NCBI GenBank assembly: GCA_934230415.1 | Contig: CAKQEW010000002.1 | Span: forward strand, 64,783-128,782 | Direction: 5' to 3' | From: an uncultured Alphaproteobacteria bacterium | GTDB lineage: Bacteria; Pseudomonadota; Alphaproteobacteria; Rs-D84 | DNA length: 64,000 bases | In this document: piece after piece, positions 9,101 through 17,937 of the stretch | Position numbering within the stretch: position 1 is the stretch's first letter | How the letters are laid out: each line of letters opens with the position of its first letter | Translations under genes and position numbers: made by a program | The notes under the pieces: model-generated | What the model saw: only the letters and a program-made list of their open reading frames with translations | Told to the model about the DNA's origin: nothing | The model's database searches: none

Positions 9101-10278
9101 TTGAAAAGGGCTTTGCAGACCAGGTATTCCAAATTGCCGAAGGCGAAACAATTGATGCCGGCACAGGCAGCCTGAAACCATTCGTGGGCAAGAAATTGAC
9201 CGCCGAAGTGTTTGATGGCATTAAACCGGCCGATATCAAGAAACTGGTTGTGCGTAACAAAGAAGCCCAGGCCAAGATTGATGAATTGCGTGAACAGCAT
9301 ATTGCGAAATTAAAGGCATTGAACGAAAAAGCCGATGCCGAAGTGTCCAAGGCGACAGAAAGCAATTCGCTGAACGCGGGTGTTCTGAAAGAAGTCAAAG
9401 TGTATATCGCCCACAAGATGAAGTTACAGCCGGGTGATAAAATGGCGGGTCGTCACGGGAACAAGGGTATTGTATCCAAGGTTGTTCCAATTGAAGACAT
9501 GCCATACATGGAAGACGGAACCCCAGTTGACATCGTTCTGAACCCGTTGGGTGTGCCATCGCGTATGAACATTGGTCAGATTCTGGAAACCCACTTGGGT
9601 ATGGCGGGACGCGCCCTGGGCCAGCAAATTGGTGATGTGTTGGAAGAAGTCAAGGCGAAACGCGCCGTGACAGACGACCTGCGCGCCATCATGGGCAAGG
9701 TTTATGGCAAAGAAACCGCTGAAAAACTGGAAAAGATGACGGATACCGATGTCCGCGCCGAAGCGGCACTGTTGCGTGATGGTGTTCCAATGGCAACCCC
9801 GACATTTGACGGTGCCACACCAGAGGACATTCGCAGCATGCTGAAATTGGCGAATTTGCCAGAATCCGGTCAGTTCACGATGTACGATGGTATGACGGGT
9901 GAAAAATTTGCACGTCCGGTCACCGTTGGTGTTATGTACATGATGAAACTGCATCACTTTGTTGATGAGAAGATTCACGCGCGTTCAATCGGCAATTATT
10001 CGTTGGTAACACAACAGCCATTGTCCGGTAAGGCGCACATGGGTGGCCAGCGTTTGGGTGAAATGGAAGTGTGGGCATTGGAAGCACACGGTGCGGCACA
10101 CTTGCTGCGCGAAATGCTGACTGTCAAGTCTGACGATATCGTCGGCCGTAACAAGATGTACGAAGCCATCATATCCGGCAGCAACGATATCCAGACCGGC
10201 ACACCAGAAGCATTCAACGTGTTCGTTCGCGAATTGCGTGGTTTGGGTCTGGCGATGACACCAAAGAAGATTGACTAA
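6142..10278 (+). CDS. rpoB: DNA-directed RNA polymerase subunit beta
   Basis: Open frame from 6109. The start is chosen at the ATG at 6142 (MAVIQKF...), which has an AAGGA about 9 nt upstream. About 1378 aa with all RpoB conserved blocks. Confidence 0.97.
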   Translation: MAVIQKFRKSFGKSFLQTPLPDLVEIQYNSYKDFLQADVDPQNRKNIGLQNVFSSMFPIKDYAGIADLEFVEYTLDKPVYNVKECMLRNMTYSSKLRLKLRLILWDIAEDGKKTLRDIKEQEIFMGEVPLMTERGSFIASGVERVIVSQMHRAQGVVFATTKEAKIAGNPITYTARIIPEHGSWIDFEESKGVIYVRIDRRRKVPATVLLRCLPAAEDEKKFAADPRKPTIRGMSDTEILASFYSHIPLKFNGKMWVGDVASFAGLDKYRLNYDLINPKDKKVLAAKGDRLNAKRMAKITASTKEFGILPESLVGEYLFEPIMSGDETVFQAGTEITDEVLSDLDKMGIKEISLIAIDNTTVSAHMRNTLMADKTTNREEALIEIYNIIRPGERPTLEAAINLFLRQGFDAAFYDLSAVGRFKMNKRLKIDSGKKPEDERVLTKSDFLAVLKTLTNIIDHKDTVDDIDNLSNRRVRAVGELLEQNFRTGMVRIERLVRESLSSPNIANMQPQDVINVKPLMSLVSEFLGTSQLSQFMDAYNPLSELEHKRRISALGPGGLNRDRAGIDVRDVHPTHYGRLCPIHTPEGANIGLINHMATYARVNPYGFIETPYYVVENGRVTDKMVYLTADEELGHKIAQGNTPTTKDGTLAEETVTARVDGEFTMVPKSEIDLIDVAPRQVVSIATGLIPFVENDDANRALMGSNMQRQAVPLLRVQAPLVGTGIEREVARDSRTGKVAKHSGIVESVDANRIVVKCMNSRNVVTGVDIYNLEKFDRSNSETLIHQKPLVKVGDRISAGDIIADGSSMNYGELALGRNVLVAFVPWRGYNYEDAIVISERISRQDIFTSVKIVEKEFKVRDTQLGPESLTRDIPNVSEEALKNLDESGIIYVGARVKQGDILVGRVSPKSETLLTPEEALLRNIFGEKALNVKDTSLRVGPNEEGTVIGVNVLTRHGVKKDERTQMIELQKIEQINKDRDEETSIIEKGFADQVFQIAEGETIDAGTGSLKPFVGKKLTAEVFDGIKPADIKKLVVRNKEAQAKIDELREQHIAKLKALNEKADAEVSKATESNSLNAGVLKEVKVYIAHKMKLQPGDKMAGRHGNKGIVSKVVPIEDMPYMEDGTPVDIVLNPLGVPSRMNIGQILETHLGMAGRALGQQIGDVLEEVKAKRAVTDDLRAIMGKVYGKETAEKLEKMTDTDVRAEAALLRDGVPMATPTFDGATPEDIRSMLKLANLPESGQFTMYDGMTGEKFARPVTVGVMYMMKLHHFVDEKIHARSIGNYSLVTQQPLSGKAHMGGQRLGEMEVWALEAHGAAHLLREMLTVKSDDIVGRNKMYEAIISGSNDIQTGTPEAFNVFVRELRGLGLAMTPKKID

Positions 10279-10352
10279 AAATCCAGCCGTGGCGGCGTAA
10301 CCGCCGTCATGGCAAAAGCATTTTGAACAGCGACTTGAAAGGAGCAAAATTT

Positions 10353-13300
10353 ATGACCAATATGTTGCAGAAGATTTTCGGACAAATTGAAACCAAGGAA
10401 CAGTTTGACGCCCTGCGCATCACCATCGCGTCCCCAGAAGAAATTCTGTCCTGGTCCCATGGCGAGGTAAAAAAGCCCGAAACTATCAACTATCATTCTT
10501 TGAAACCAGAAGCAGAAGGCTTGTTCTGCCAGCAAATTTTTGGTCCGGTCAAAGATTACGAATGCGCATGCGGAAAATATAAAAGAATCAAATTCCGTGG
10601 CGTTGTTTGCGAACGTTGCGGGGTTGAAGTTGGTTCTTCATCTGTCCGCCGCGAACGCATGGGACACATTAAATTGGCGATGCCTGTGGCGCACACATGG
10701 TTCCTGCGCGAAGGCAAAATTGCCACATTGTTAAACAATCTGCCCCAGAAAAAATTGGAACAGGTTATCTCGTATGATGCATATATCGTTATTGAACCAG
10801 GTTTAACCAACCTGAAACAGTACGATGTCATCAGCGAAGATGAATACCAGAACGCCGTTGAAGAATTCGGTCCAGACGCATTCCGCGTTGGTATCGGTGC
10901 CGAAGGCGTACGCAGCATCATCGCAAACCTGGACATGGGCGATGAACGTACACGTTTGCGCGCAGAATTGGCGGAAACCAAATCAGAAGCCAAACGCAAG
11001 GGGCTGATCAAGCAGTTAAAATTGGTAGAAGCATTTTTGGATTCCAAAACAGACCCAGCGTGGATGTTGCCGGATATTATCCCGGTTATCCCACCAGATA
11101 TGCGTCCATTGGTAACATTGGATGCGGGCCATGTTGCGGCATCTGACCTGAACGATTTGTATCGTCGTGTTATTATCCGTAATAACCGTCTGAAACGTTT
11201 CCAGGAAATGCATGCACCTGAAATTATCGTCCGCAACGAAAAACGTATGTTACAGGAAGCGGTTGATTCTTTGTTTGATAACGGGCACAAGGCACGTCCA
11301 ATGGTTTCCCAGAACCGCCGTCCGCTGAAATCACTGTCTGATTCACTGCGCGGTAAATCTGGTCGTTTCCGTATGAACATGTTGGGTAAACGTGTGGATT
11401 ATTCCGGTCGTTCGGTAATTGTGTCTGGGCCATCCCTGAAATTGCACCAGGTTGGTTTGCCCAAGACAATGGCACTGGAATTGTTTAAACCATTCGTTTA
11501 TGCACGACTGTTGGCGGGTGATTACGCAAATACATTAAAGACCGCGCGTAAAATGGTTGAAAACGGTGAAGACATCGTTTGGGAAATCCTGGAAAAGGTT
11601 ATTTACCAGCATCCTGTTCTGTTGAACCGTGCGCCATCATTGCACCGTCTGTCGTTGCTGGCATTTGAACCAGTATTAATTGAAGGCAAGGCAATCCGTC
11701 TGCACCCATTGGTTTGCAAGGGATTCAATGCTGACTTTGATGGTGACCAGATGTCTGTACACGTTCCAATTTCACTGGAAGCACAATTGGAAGCGCGCAC
11801 ATTGATGCTGTCGTCTAATAACGTTTTGTCACCTGCAAATGGTGAACCAATGATTGTTCCGGCCCAGGACATGGTGTTGGGTGTATATTATATCTCGCTG
11901 ATTGATGGCGAACACACCGAAAAATCACCACGTTTTGCCAATATGGACGAAGTGAAAATGGCGTTGGAAAATCATTCCATCACATTGCACACACCAATCG
12001 TTGCACGTATTAATGGCAAGATTTACAAAACAACCGCCGGTCGTATGATTTTGGGCGAATTGTTGCCGAAATCTGACAAAATGCCGTTTGACCTGGTGAA
12101 CAAGGTTATGCCGGTTAAAGAAATCAAGGCACTGTTGGCGACAACGTATGAACGTTGCGGCGACAAGGCAATGATTATGTTGGCAGATAACCTGAAAAAC
12201 ACCGGTTTTGAACAGGCAGCGCGCAGTGGTATTTCCATTGGGTTTGATGATATTATCATCCCAGAAGAAAAGAAAACCATGATTGCGGATGCTGAAAAAG
12301 CGGCCGAAGAAATTGAAACACAGTATCAGAACGGTTTGCTGTCTGGTGGTGAACGTCACAACAAACTGATTGACCTGTGGCAGAAAACAACCGATAAATT
12401 GGGTGATTTGGCATACGCCGCATTGGGCAAAACCAGTGGTGAAAACTGGAACTCTGTTCTGATGATGGCTCTGTCTGGGGCGCGTGGTTCCAAACGTCAG
12501 ATTCAGCAGTTGGCCGGTATGCGTGGTATGATGCAGAAGCCAGACGGTTCCATTATTGAAGTTCCAATTATTTCCAACTTTAAGGAAGGTCTGACCATGT
12601 CTGAATACTTTACGTCCACACACGGTGCGCGTAAGGGTATGTCGGATACCGCGTTGAAAACCGCGTCTGCTGGTTACCTGACCCGTCGTTTGGTTGAATT
12701 GTCCCAAAATACAGTTATTACCGAACACGATTGCGGCACCACAGAATACATCACAGCGAAACCTGTGTACCAGGGTTCAACCCTGTCGGTTGCGCTGGGC
12801 GATGTTGTATTGGGTCGTACCGCGGCACATGATATCGTTCACCCGATTACCAAGGAAGTTATCGTTCCGGCCGGTGAACTGATTACCAAGACCGCTGCAA
12901 AACAGATTAATGAATCAGGTCTGCCATCTGTTGATGTGCGCAGTGTTTTGACATGCAGCAGTGATGGTTTGTGCGCAAAATGCTATGGTATGGATTTGTC
13001 GCGTAATGCGCTGGTTCATGTTGGCGAAGCGGTCGGTGTTATCGCTGGCCAGTCCATTGGTGAACCTGGTACCCAGTTGACCCTGCGTACGTTCCACATT
13101 GGTGGTGTTGCCGAAGGTAGTGCAGAAAACCATTTCATAGAGGTTCCAGTTGCAGGTACAATTAAACTGATTGGTGCCAACACGATTAAGAATACAGCGG
13201 GTCGCGTTGTGGTATTGTCGCGTAATGCCGAGGTTGCAGTTCTGGATGCCAAGGGCGAAACCCTGTTCTCGTGCGCGTTGCCATATGCATCTATGCTGAT

Positions 13301-14462
13301 TGTCAACGATGGTGACACCGTTGAAAAGGGTGCCAAGGTTGCAGAATGGGATCCATATTCAAACACAATTATCGCCGAAAAAGACGGTATCGTCAGCTTC
13401 AGCGACCTGGTTGAAAACGTATCGTACCAGGAAGAAGTGGATTCTATGACCGGTATCGTTTCGCGCAAGGTTATTAACTGGAAGGCGAACACGAAAAAGG
13501 CGTTACAGCCAGCCATCCGTTTGGTTGATGCAAACGGCAACGTGATTTCGTTGGGCGGTAAAAAGATTGCAGAATATATGTTGCCGATGTATTCGGTACT
13601 GAACGTTGCAAATGGTTCAACCGTTGTGGCGGGCGATGTTCTGGCGCGTATCCCGGTCCAGGCAAAGAAGACAGGCGATATTACCGGCGGTCTGCCACGT
13701 GTAGAAGAATTGTTGGAAGTGCGTCGTCCTGCAAACCCAGCGTTGCTGGCGGAAATTGACGGTACGGTTGAATTAGAAGATGCAAAATCTAAAATCATCA
13801 TCCGTATTGATCCCGAAGATGGCACAGCCCCAGTTGAATACGCGGTACCAAAGGGTACAAACCTGATGGTGCGCAGTGGTGATGTCGTGCGCAAGGCCGA
13901 TAAACTGGTTGATGGCGATCCGGTTCCACAGGATATCTTGCGTATCTTGGGCCAGAAAGCGTTGGCAACATTTATGGTTGAACAGATTCAGCAGGTTTAC
14001 CGCTTGCAGGGTGTGGTCATCAACGACAAGCACATTGAAATTCTGATACGTGAAATGACACGCCGCGTGGAAATTACGAACCCGGGCGATACCGGATTCC
14101 TGATGGGCCAGGTTGTTGACCGCGTTGACTTTGAAGAAGAAAACGCCCGCGTTGCACACGATGGTGGCAAAGTGGCCGAAGCATCCCAGGTCTTGGTCGG
14201 TTTGACACGTGCATCGTTAACATCACGTTCGTTTATCTCTAATGCATCGTTCCAGCAGACAACCAAGGTATTGGTTGACGCGGCAATCAGCGGTGCGACA
14301 GATAAACTGGTCGGTATCAATGAAAACCTGATTGTTGGTCGCCTGATTCCAATCGGCACGGGTGCATATGTACGTCGCGTGCGCGAAATCGCCAAGGCCG
14401 AAGAACGCGAAGAACGTTTGGCCCGCGAAGGCAATACCCAGCAGCAGTTGTTGGATATCTAA
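10353..14462 (+). CDS. rpoC: DNA-directed RNA polymerase subunit beta-prime
   Basis: Open frame from 10323. The start is chosen at the ATG at 10353 (MTNMLQKIFGQ...), after a GGAG RBS. Contains a zinc-binding CxC...CxxC region and the NADFDGD catalytic motif. Confidence 0.97.
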   Translation: MTNMLQKIFGQIETKEQFDALRITIASPEEILSWSHGEVKKPETINYHSLKPEAEGLFCQQIFGPVKDYECACGKYKRIKFRGVVCERCGVEVGSSSVRRERMGHIKLAMPVAHTWFLREGKIATLLNNLPQKKLEQVISYDAYIVIEPGLTNLKQYDVISEDEYQNAVEEFGPDAFRVGIGAEGVRSIIANLDMGDERTRLRAELAETKSEAKRKGLIKQLKLVEAFLDSKTDPAWMLPDIIPVIPPDMRPLVTLDAGHVAASDLNDLYRRVIIRNNRLKRFQEMHAPEIIVRNEKRMLQEAVDSLFDNGHKARPMVSQNRRPLKSLSDSLRGKSGRFRMNMLGKRVDYSGRSVIVSGPSLKLHQVGLPKTMALELFKPFVYARLLAGDYANTLKTARKMVENGEDIVWEILEKVIYQHPVLLNRAPSLHRLSLLAFEPVLIEGKAIRLHPLVCKGFNADFDGDQMSVHVPISLEAQLEARTLMLSSNNVLSPANGEPMIVPAQDMVLGVYYISLIDGEHTEKSPRFANMDEVKMALENHSITLHTPIVARINGKIYKTTAGRMILGELLPKSDKMPFDLVNKVMPVKEIKALLATTYERCGDKAMIMLADNLKNTGFEQAARSGISIGFDDIIIPEEKKTMIADAEKAAEEIETQYQNGLLSGGERHNKLIDLWQKTTDKLGDLAYAALGKTSGENWNSVLMMALSGARGSKRQIQQLAGMRGMMQKPDGSIIEVPIISNFKEGLTMSEYFTSTHGARKGMSDTALKTASAGYLTRRLVELSQNTVITEHDCGTTEYITAKPVYQGSTLSVALGDVVLGRTAAHDIVHPITKEVIVPAGELITKTAAKQINESGLPSVDVRSVLTCSSDGLCAKCYGMDLSRNALVHVGEAVGVIAGQSIGEPGTQLTLRTFHIGGVAEGSAENHFIEVPVAGTIKLIGANTIKNTAGRVVVLSRNAEVAVLDAKGETLFSCALPYASMLIVNDGDTVEKGAKVAEWDPYSNTIIAEKDGIVSFSDLVENVSYQEEVDSMTGIVSRKVINWKANTKKALQPAIRLVDANGNVISLGGKKIAEYMLPMYSVLNVANGSTVVAGDVLARIPVQAKKTGDITGGLPRVEELLEVRRPANPALLAEIDGTVELEDAKSKIIIRIDPEDGTAPVEYAVPKGTNLMVRSGDVVRKADKLVDGDPVPQDILRILGQKALATFMVEQIQQVYRLQGVVINDKHIEILIREMTRRVEITNPGDTGFLMGQVVDRVDFEEENARVAHDGGKVAEASQVLVGLTRASLTSRSFISNASFQQTTKVLVDAAISGATDKLVGINENLIVGRLIPIGTGAYVRRVREIAKAEEREERLAREGNTQQQLLDI

Positions 14463-14476
14463 TGCAAAACAGGGTA

Positions 14477-14500
14477 TTCGGGGCGCGCATGCGCCCCGAA
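14477..14500 (+). terminator. Stem-loop after rpoC (TTCGGGGCGC-GCAT-GCGCCCCGAA)
   Basis: Perfect 10-bp GC-rich stem 15 nt after the rpoC stop. The U tract is weak. Confidence 0.5.
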
Positions 14501-14508
14501 TATGACAA

Positions 14509-14913
14509 ATGCCAATGACAGAAACACCGGCAATCTTTTGTGACATAGACGGCGTTGTGAATAAAAAATTCGCCATTGCCAACTATGACCGTTTTGGTGA
14601 ACCAAATCCGAATATGATACGTATTCTGGAAACACTGGGGCGGGATTTCACGATTGTGTTTATTACCGGTCGTTGGGCAATGGGCCAGGACAAGGTCCAG
14701 CGTCACATTGATAATTTGTTGCCGAATATAAAAAAGCGCGTGTTCTGTAAACCGCACGATTATCCCGGCACAACCGCAGAATTCAAATTGGCAACGATTA
14801 TCGCATTGGAACAACAGGGGTACAAGTTTTACATGGGTTTGGACGATCACAGCGCGGTTATCGGCCTGATGCATAATCACGGTATGTTTGTCGCCCAGGT
14901 AATATCGGATTAA
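14509..14913 (+). CDS. HAD-superfamily hydrolase-like protein (hypothetical)
   Basis: 134 aa with the N-terminal DxDGV motif (FCDIDGVVNKKF). It occupies the position normally taken by rpsL after rpoC. Confidence 0.45.
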   Translation: MPMTETPAIFCDIDGVVNKKFAIANYDRFGEPNPNMIRILETLGRDFTIVFITGRWAMGQDKVQRHIDNLLPNIKKRVFCKPHDYPGTTAEFKLATIIALEQQGYKFYMGLDDHSAVIGLMHNHGMFVAQVISD

Positions 14914-14980
14914 AGTTTTCCTTGCATTTGCACAGGATTTTAATAGAATATCAAACTGTAAAATTAAAAAGGATAGTAAA

Positions 14981-15130
14981 ATGGCAACGCCAAGAAGTAA
15001 AACAAGTAAAGCACATACAGCACAACGCCGTTCTCATGACGCACTGTCTGTTATGCCATGCACAGTATGCAAGGCCTGTGGCGAAAAGAAACGCCCGCAT
15101 CACATTTGTCCTGCATGCGGCGCAAAATAA
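14981..15130 (+). CDS. rpmF: 50S ribosomal protein L32 (49 aa; not in the ORF track)
   Basis: MATPRSKTSKAHTAQRRSHDALSVMPCTVCKACGEKKRPHHICPACGAK. L32 signature RRSHDAL plus a Cys4 knuckle. RBS AAGGA. Immediately upstream of plsX, as is widely conserved. Confidence 0.85.
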   Translation: MATPRSKTSKAHTAQRRSHDALSVMPCTVCKACGEKKRPHHICPACGAK

Positions 15131-15203
15131 TTCCAACCAAGGAAATATAGGAAAGCAGATTTGGCGCGGCGTGTGCCTTTCTGCTTTTTTATTGTTATAA
15201 ACC

Positions 15204-16271
15204 ATGTCAGAAAAGAAAATTATTTCTGTTGATGCAATGGGTGGGGACAAGGGACCCAAGGCTGTTTTGGGTGGTATGAACCAGTTTTTATACCAGAACG
15301 GTGAATCCCGTGTGTTCTTTCGCCTGTTCGGCGATGAAAATCGCCTGCGTCGTATGTTGGCAAAATATCCACGTGTTGCCCGTAATTGCGAGGTGGTACA
15401 CGCCCCAAACGTTATTCGTGGCACGGACAAGGTTCGTGATGTCATCCGTCATGCCCAGGATACGTCCATGTACATGGCGATAAAGGATGTCCGCGAAGGT
15501 AAATCTGCCGCGGTGGTCAGTGCGGGAAACACTGGCATATTTATGTCGCTGTCTAAACTGATGTTGAAAACGACGGCGGGCATTGCGCGTCCGGCAATTA
15601 CGACCATGTTGCCATCGGGCGGGGGGGATTCCCGTGTGGTGGTGTTGGATTTGGGTGCAAATGTCCAATGTGATGAAACAATTTTGTTTGATTTTTCGGT
15701 ATTGGGAACGGTCTATGCCGAAGTAATCGGTAAAATGCCCCGTCCAAAGTTGGGGGTTCTGAATATTGGTGCCGAAGAAACCAAGGGTAATGAAACCCTG
15801 GTCCATTTGAACCATGTGTTGATGGAACATCGCGATGAATTGCCGTATGAATACATCGGATTTGTTGAGGGGAATGATATCAGCAGTGGCAATGTCCAGG
15901 TTGTTGTGACCGATGGTTTTACCGGAAATATCGTTTTGAAAACGGTTGAAGGTACCGCGAAATTAATAAAGCGCGTGCTGGTTTACAATTTCAAGAAATC
16001 TATTCTGGCGATGATTGGCGCGTTTTTCTTGGTGCACGTGTTCAAGCGTCTGAAACATAAAATTGATCCGCGTTCATATGCGGGTGCGGTGTTCCTGGGG
16101 CTGCAGGGCTTTGCGGTTAAAACCCATGGCAACAGTGATGCGTTGGCATTTGCAAACGCGCTGAAATACGCCACGGATTTAACAAATGCGAACCTGAATG
16201 ATTTAATTGCCCAGCGTGCCGCGGCGGTTACCAAGATTCGTGACGAGTTTAAAATAGAGGTTGAACAATAA
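15204..16271 (+). CDS. plsX: Phosphate acyltransferase PlsX
   Basis: 355 aa (MSEKKIISVDAMGGDKGPKAV...). PlsX family. rpmF-plsX pairing. Confidence 0.9.
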   Translation: MSEKKIISVDAMGGDKGPKAVLGGMNQFLYQNGESRVFFRLFGDENRLRRMLAKYPRVARNCEVVHAPNVIRGTDKVRDVIRHAQDTSMYMAIKDVREGKSAAVVSAGNTGIFMSLSKLMLKTTAGIARPAITTMLPSGGGDSRVVVLDLGANVQCDETILFDFSVLGTVYAEVIGKMPRPKLGVLNIGAEETKGNETLVHLNHVLMEHRDELPYEYIGFVEGNDISSGNVQVVVTDGFTGNIVLKTVEGTAKLIKRVLVYNFKKSILAMIGAFFLVHVFKRLKHKIDPRSYAGAVFLGLQGFAVKTHGNSDALAFANALKYATDLTNANLNDLIAQRAAAVTKIRDEFKIEVEQ

Positions 16272-16300
16272 AAAAAACGGGGCATCGCCCCGTTTTTTTT
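16270..16300. terminator. Bidirectional intrinsic terminator between plsX (+) and mraZ (-)
   Basis: AAAAAAAACGGGGCATCGCCCCGTTTTTTTTT. A GC stem flanked by A and T runs on both sides. Confidence 0.75.
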
Positions 16301-16749
16301 TATTCGCTAATTTTCAGGTCCGGTCGCGCGGCGCGCAAATTGTTTAATGATTTTTCCTGGGCGGCGCGGAATGCATCCGGGTTCCAGATTTGAAAACTGT
16401 GCCCGCGGCCAACAAATACCGCGCGGTCGGTGATTCCGGCGTGCTGTAATAAATCCGCCGGAATAACAATACGCCCCGTCACATCAAATGCCAATTGGCG
16501 CGCATCGGCAAACAGCATCGCCGACAAATCGTCCAATGCATTGTCAAATACGCCCATTTTATCGGTTGCAGCGGCCAACTGTTCCATGCGGGACATGGAC
16601 AGCCCCTCTATACAATTATTGGTAAAAGAACGATACAGCACAACGCCTGGGAATGTTTCGCCGGACACCGAAGCCCGGAAAGAGGCCGGCACAGAAATGC
16701 GCCCCTTGGTATCCAAACGATTTTCATAAGATGAGAGAAACAATGACAT
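16300..16749 (-). CDS. mraZ: Transcriptional regulator MraZ
   Basis: 149 aa with two DxxGR(I/V) repeats (LDTKGRISVP...DVTGRIVIP). It is orphaned: no rsmH/ftsL/ftsI follows on the minus strand, which runs straight into the plsX terminator. Confidence 0.8.
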   Translation of the reverse strand: MSLFLSSYENRLDTKGRISVPASFRASVSGETFPGVVLYRSFTNNCIEGLSMSRMEQLAAATDKMGVFDNALDDLSAMLFADARQLAFDVTGRIVIPADLLQHAGITDRAVFVGRGHSFQIWNPDAFRAAQEKSLNNLRAARPDLKISE

Positions 16750-17133
16750 TTTTACGGTCTTTGTTTTTGTGGGCGTATTCGCCTCGTTCCCTTTCCGACT
16801 TCACTGGGAATGTAGCATGGCGATTTGTGGTTGTCAATGACATTTTATAATTATTTTATGGGATTTTATGGTTTGGTAAATAAAACAGACATTTTTTTAA
16901 ATAAAATGCAAATAAATAAAATTTCCCCTTGACCTGCGATTCGTTTTTGTTTTATGATGTTTGTATAGACAAGGAGAAAAGAAGTTTAAACCCCAGGATT
17001 TCCGCAGGATAGCGGATTTTGGGCAAAAACGAAAAACAAACAAAATCTGAATTGATAAAAATGTAAATACCAATGTAAATACATTAAATCAAACCAGATT
17101 TTTACAACACCCACGGAAAGGAGGGACCCGCAG

Positions 17134-17469
17134 ATGCCAAAAAATATTAAAGAAATCATGATTGCACTAAACAAGGTTTTAACAACAACAGTTTGGGTAA
17201 ATGAAGATCGCCAGATTATATCATTGGCTGATGAATTGAAAATTGGTCATAACAATGCGCCACGTTCTATTGAAGATTTGCCACGTGCGTCCCTGGTTGG
17301 TGCATATGTTTCATTGCAAATTCGTACAGATAATTTTGATGTCGCCGCCGAAAGCATGGACACAAAAACATTGGCACAAAACGTGAAATCAATGGTCTTT
17401 GCCGAAGCGAAAAAGATAATGGATGCCGCCGATATAGAAGAAAAGTCATCTGTTGCGCGCGCCGCATAA
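17134..17469 (+). CDS. Hypothetical protein (111 aa)
   Basis: ORF with a putative sigma70-like promoter upstream (TTGACC-17 nt-TTATGAT at about 16931-16966). No family recognised. Confidence 0.35.
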   Translation: MPKNIKEIMIALNKVLTTTVWVNEDRQIISLADELKIGHNNAPRSIEDLPRASLVGAYVSLQIRTDNFDVAAESMDTKTLAQNVKSMVFAEAKKIMDAADIEEKSSVARAA

Positions 17470-17910
17470 TTGCGCGCCATGCGGGTATAATGGCATCATA
17501 AAAAGTTTCTGGGAATACCAGAAGGAAGGGAGTAGCCACCGATAGAGCAATCGTCGGTGGTTATTTTTATTCAAAGTGCATCCGTCTCCGCTGACGCTCC
17601 GCCGCGATAAAAAGAGCAGAGCGCAGAGAGCAATGAATGTGCTCGCGTTCGCTCGCAACGTTTTATTACCTGGATTCCGGTGCTTGCCGGGCCCCGCGAA
17701 ATTGATAAATTTCGTGGGTGGTGTTCCCGGGATCCAGGTGAATAATGTCGCGCGTCCCGCGCGTTGCGAATATGGATTTTGGGGTAAAACAAAAACCAGC
17801 AGTATTTCGTGCGGCAAAACAGATGTTGGGGGGGCGCCGTGCTAAAACTGACGTCACTGCGTCGTGCCATGACGGGAAAACAAGAACAGAAATAACATCT
17901 GCGTCAGGTA

Positions 17911-17937
17911 AAAAACGCGCCGATGGCGCGTTTTTTA
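17911..17937. terminator. Bidirectional terminator (AAAAACGCGCCGATGGCGCGTTTTTT) after the PLD gene
   Basis: GC stem with flanking A and T runs. It abuts the stop of the minus-strand PLD gene. Confidence 0.7.

Noticed and set aside
6229-14434. Dozens of 60-290-aa ORFs on the opposite strand or in other frames inside rpoB and rpoC
   Set aside because: They are fully embedded in two highly conserved long genes. They are antisense frame artefacts.
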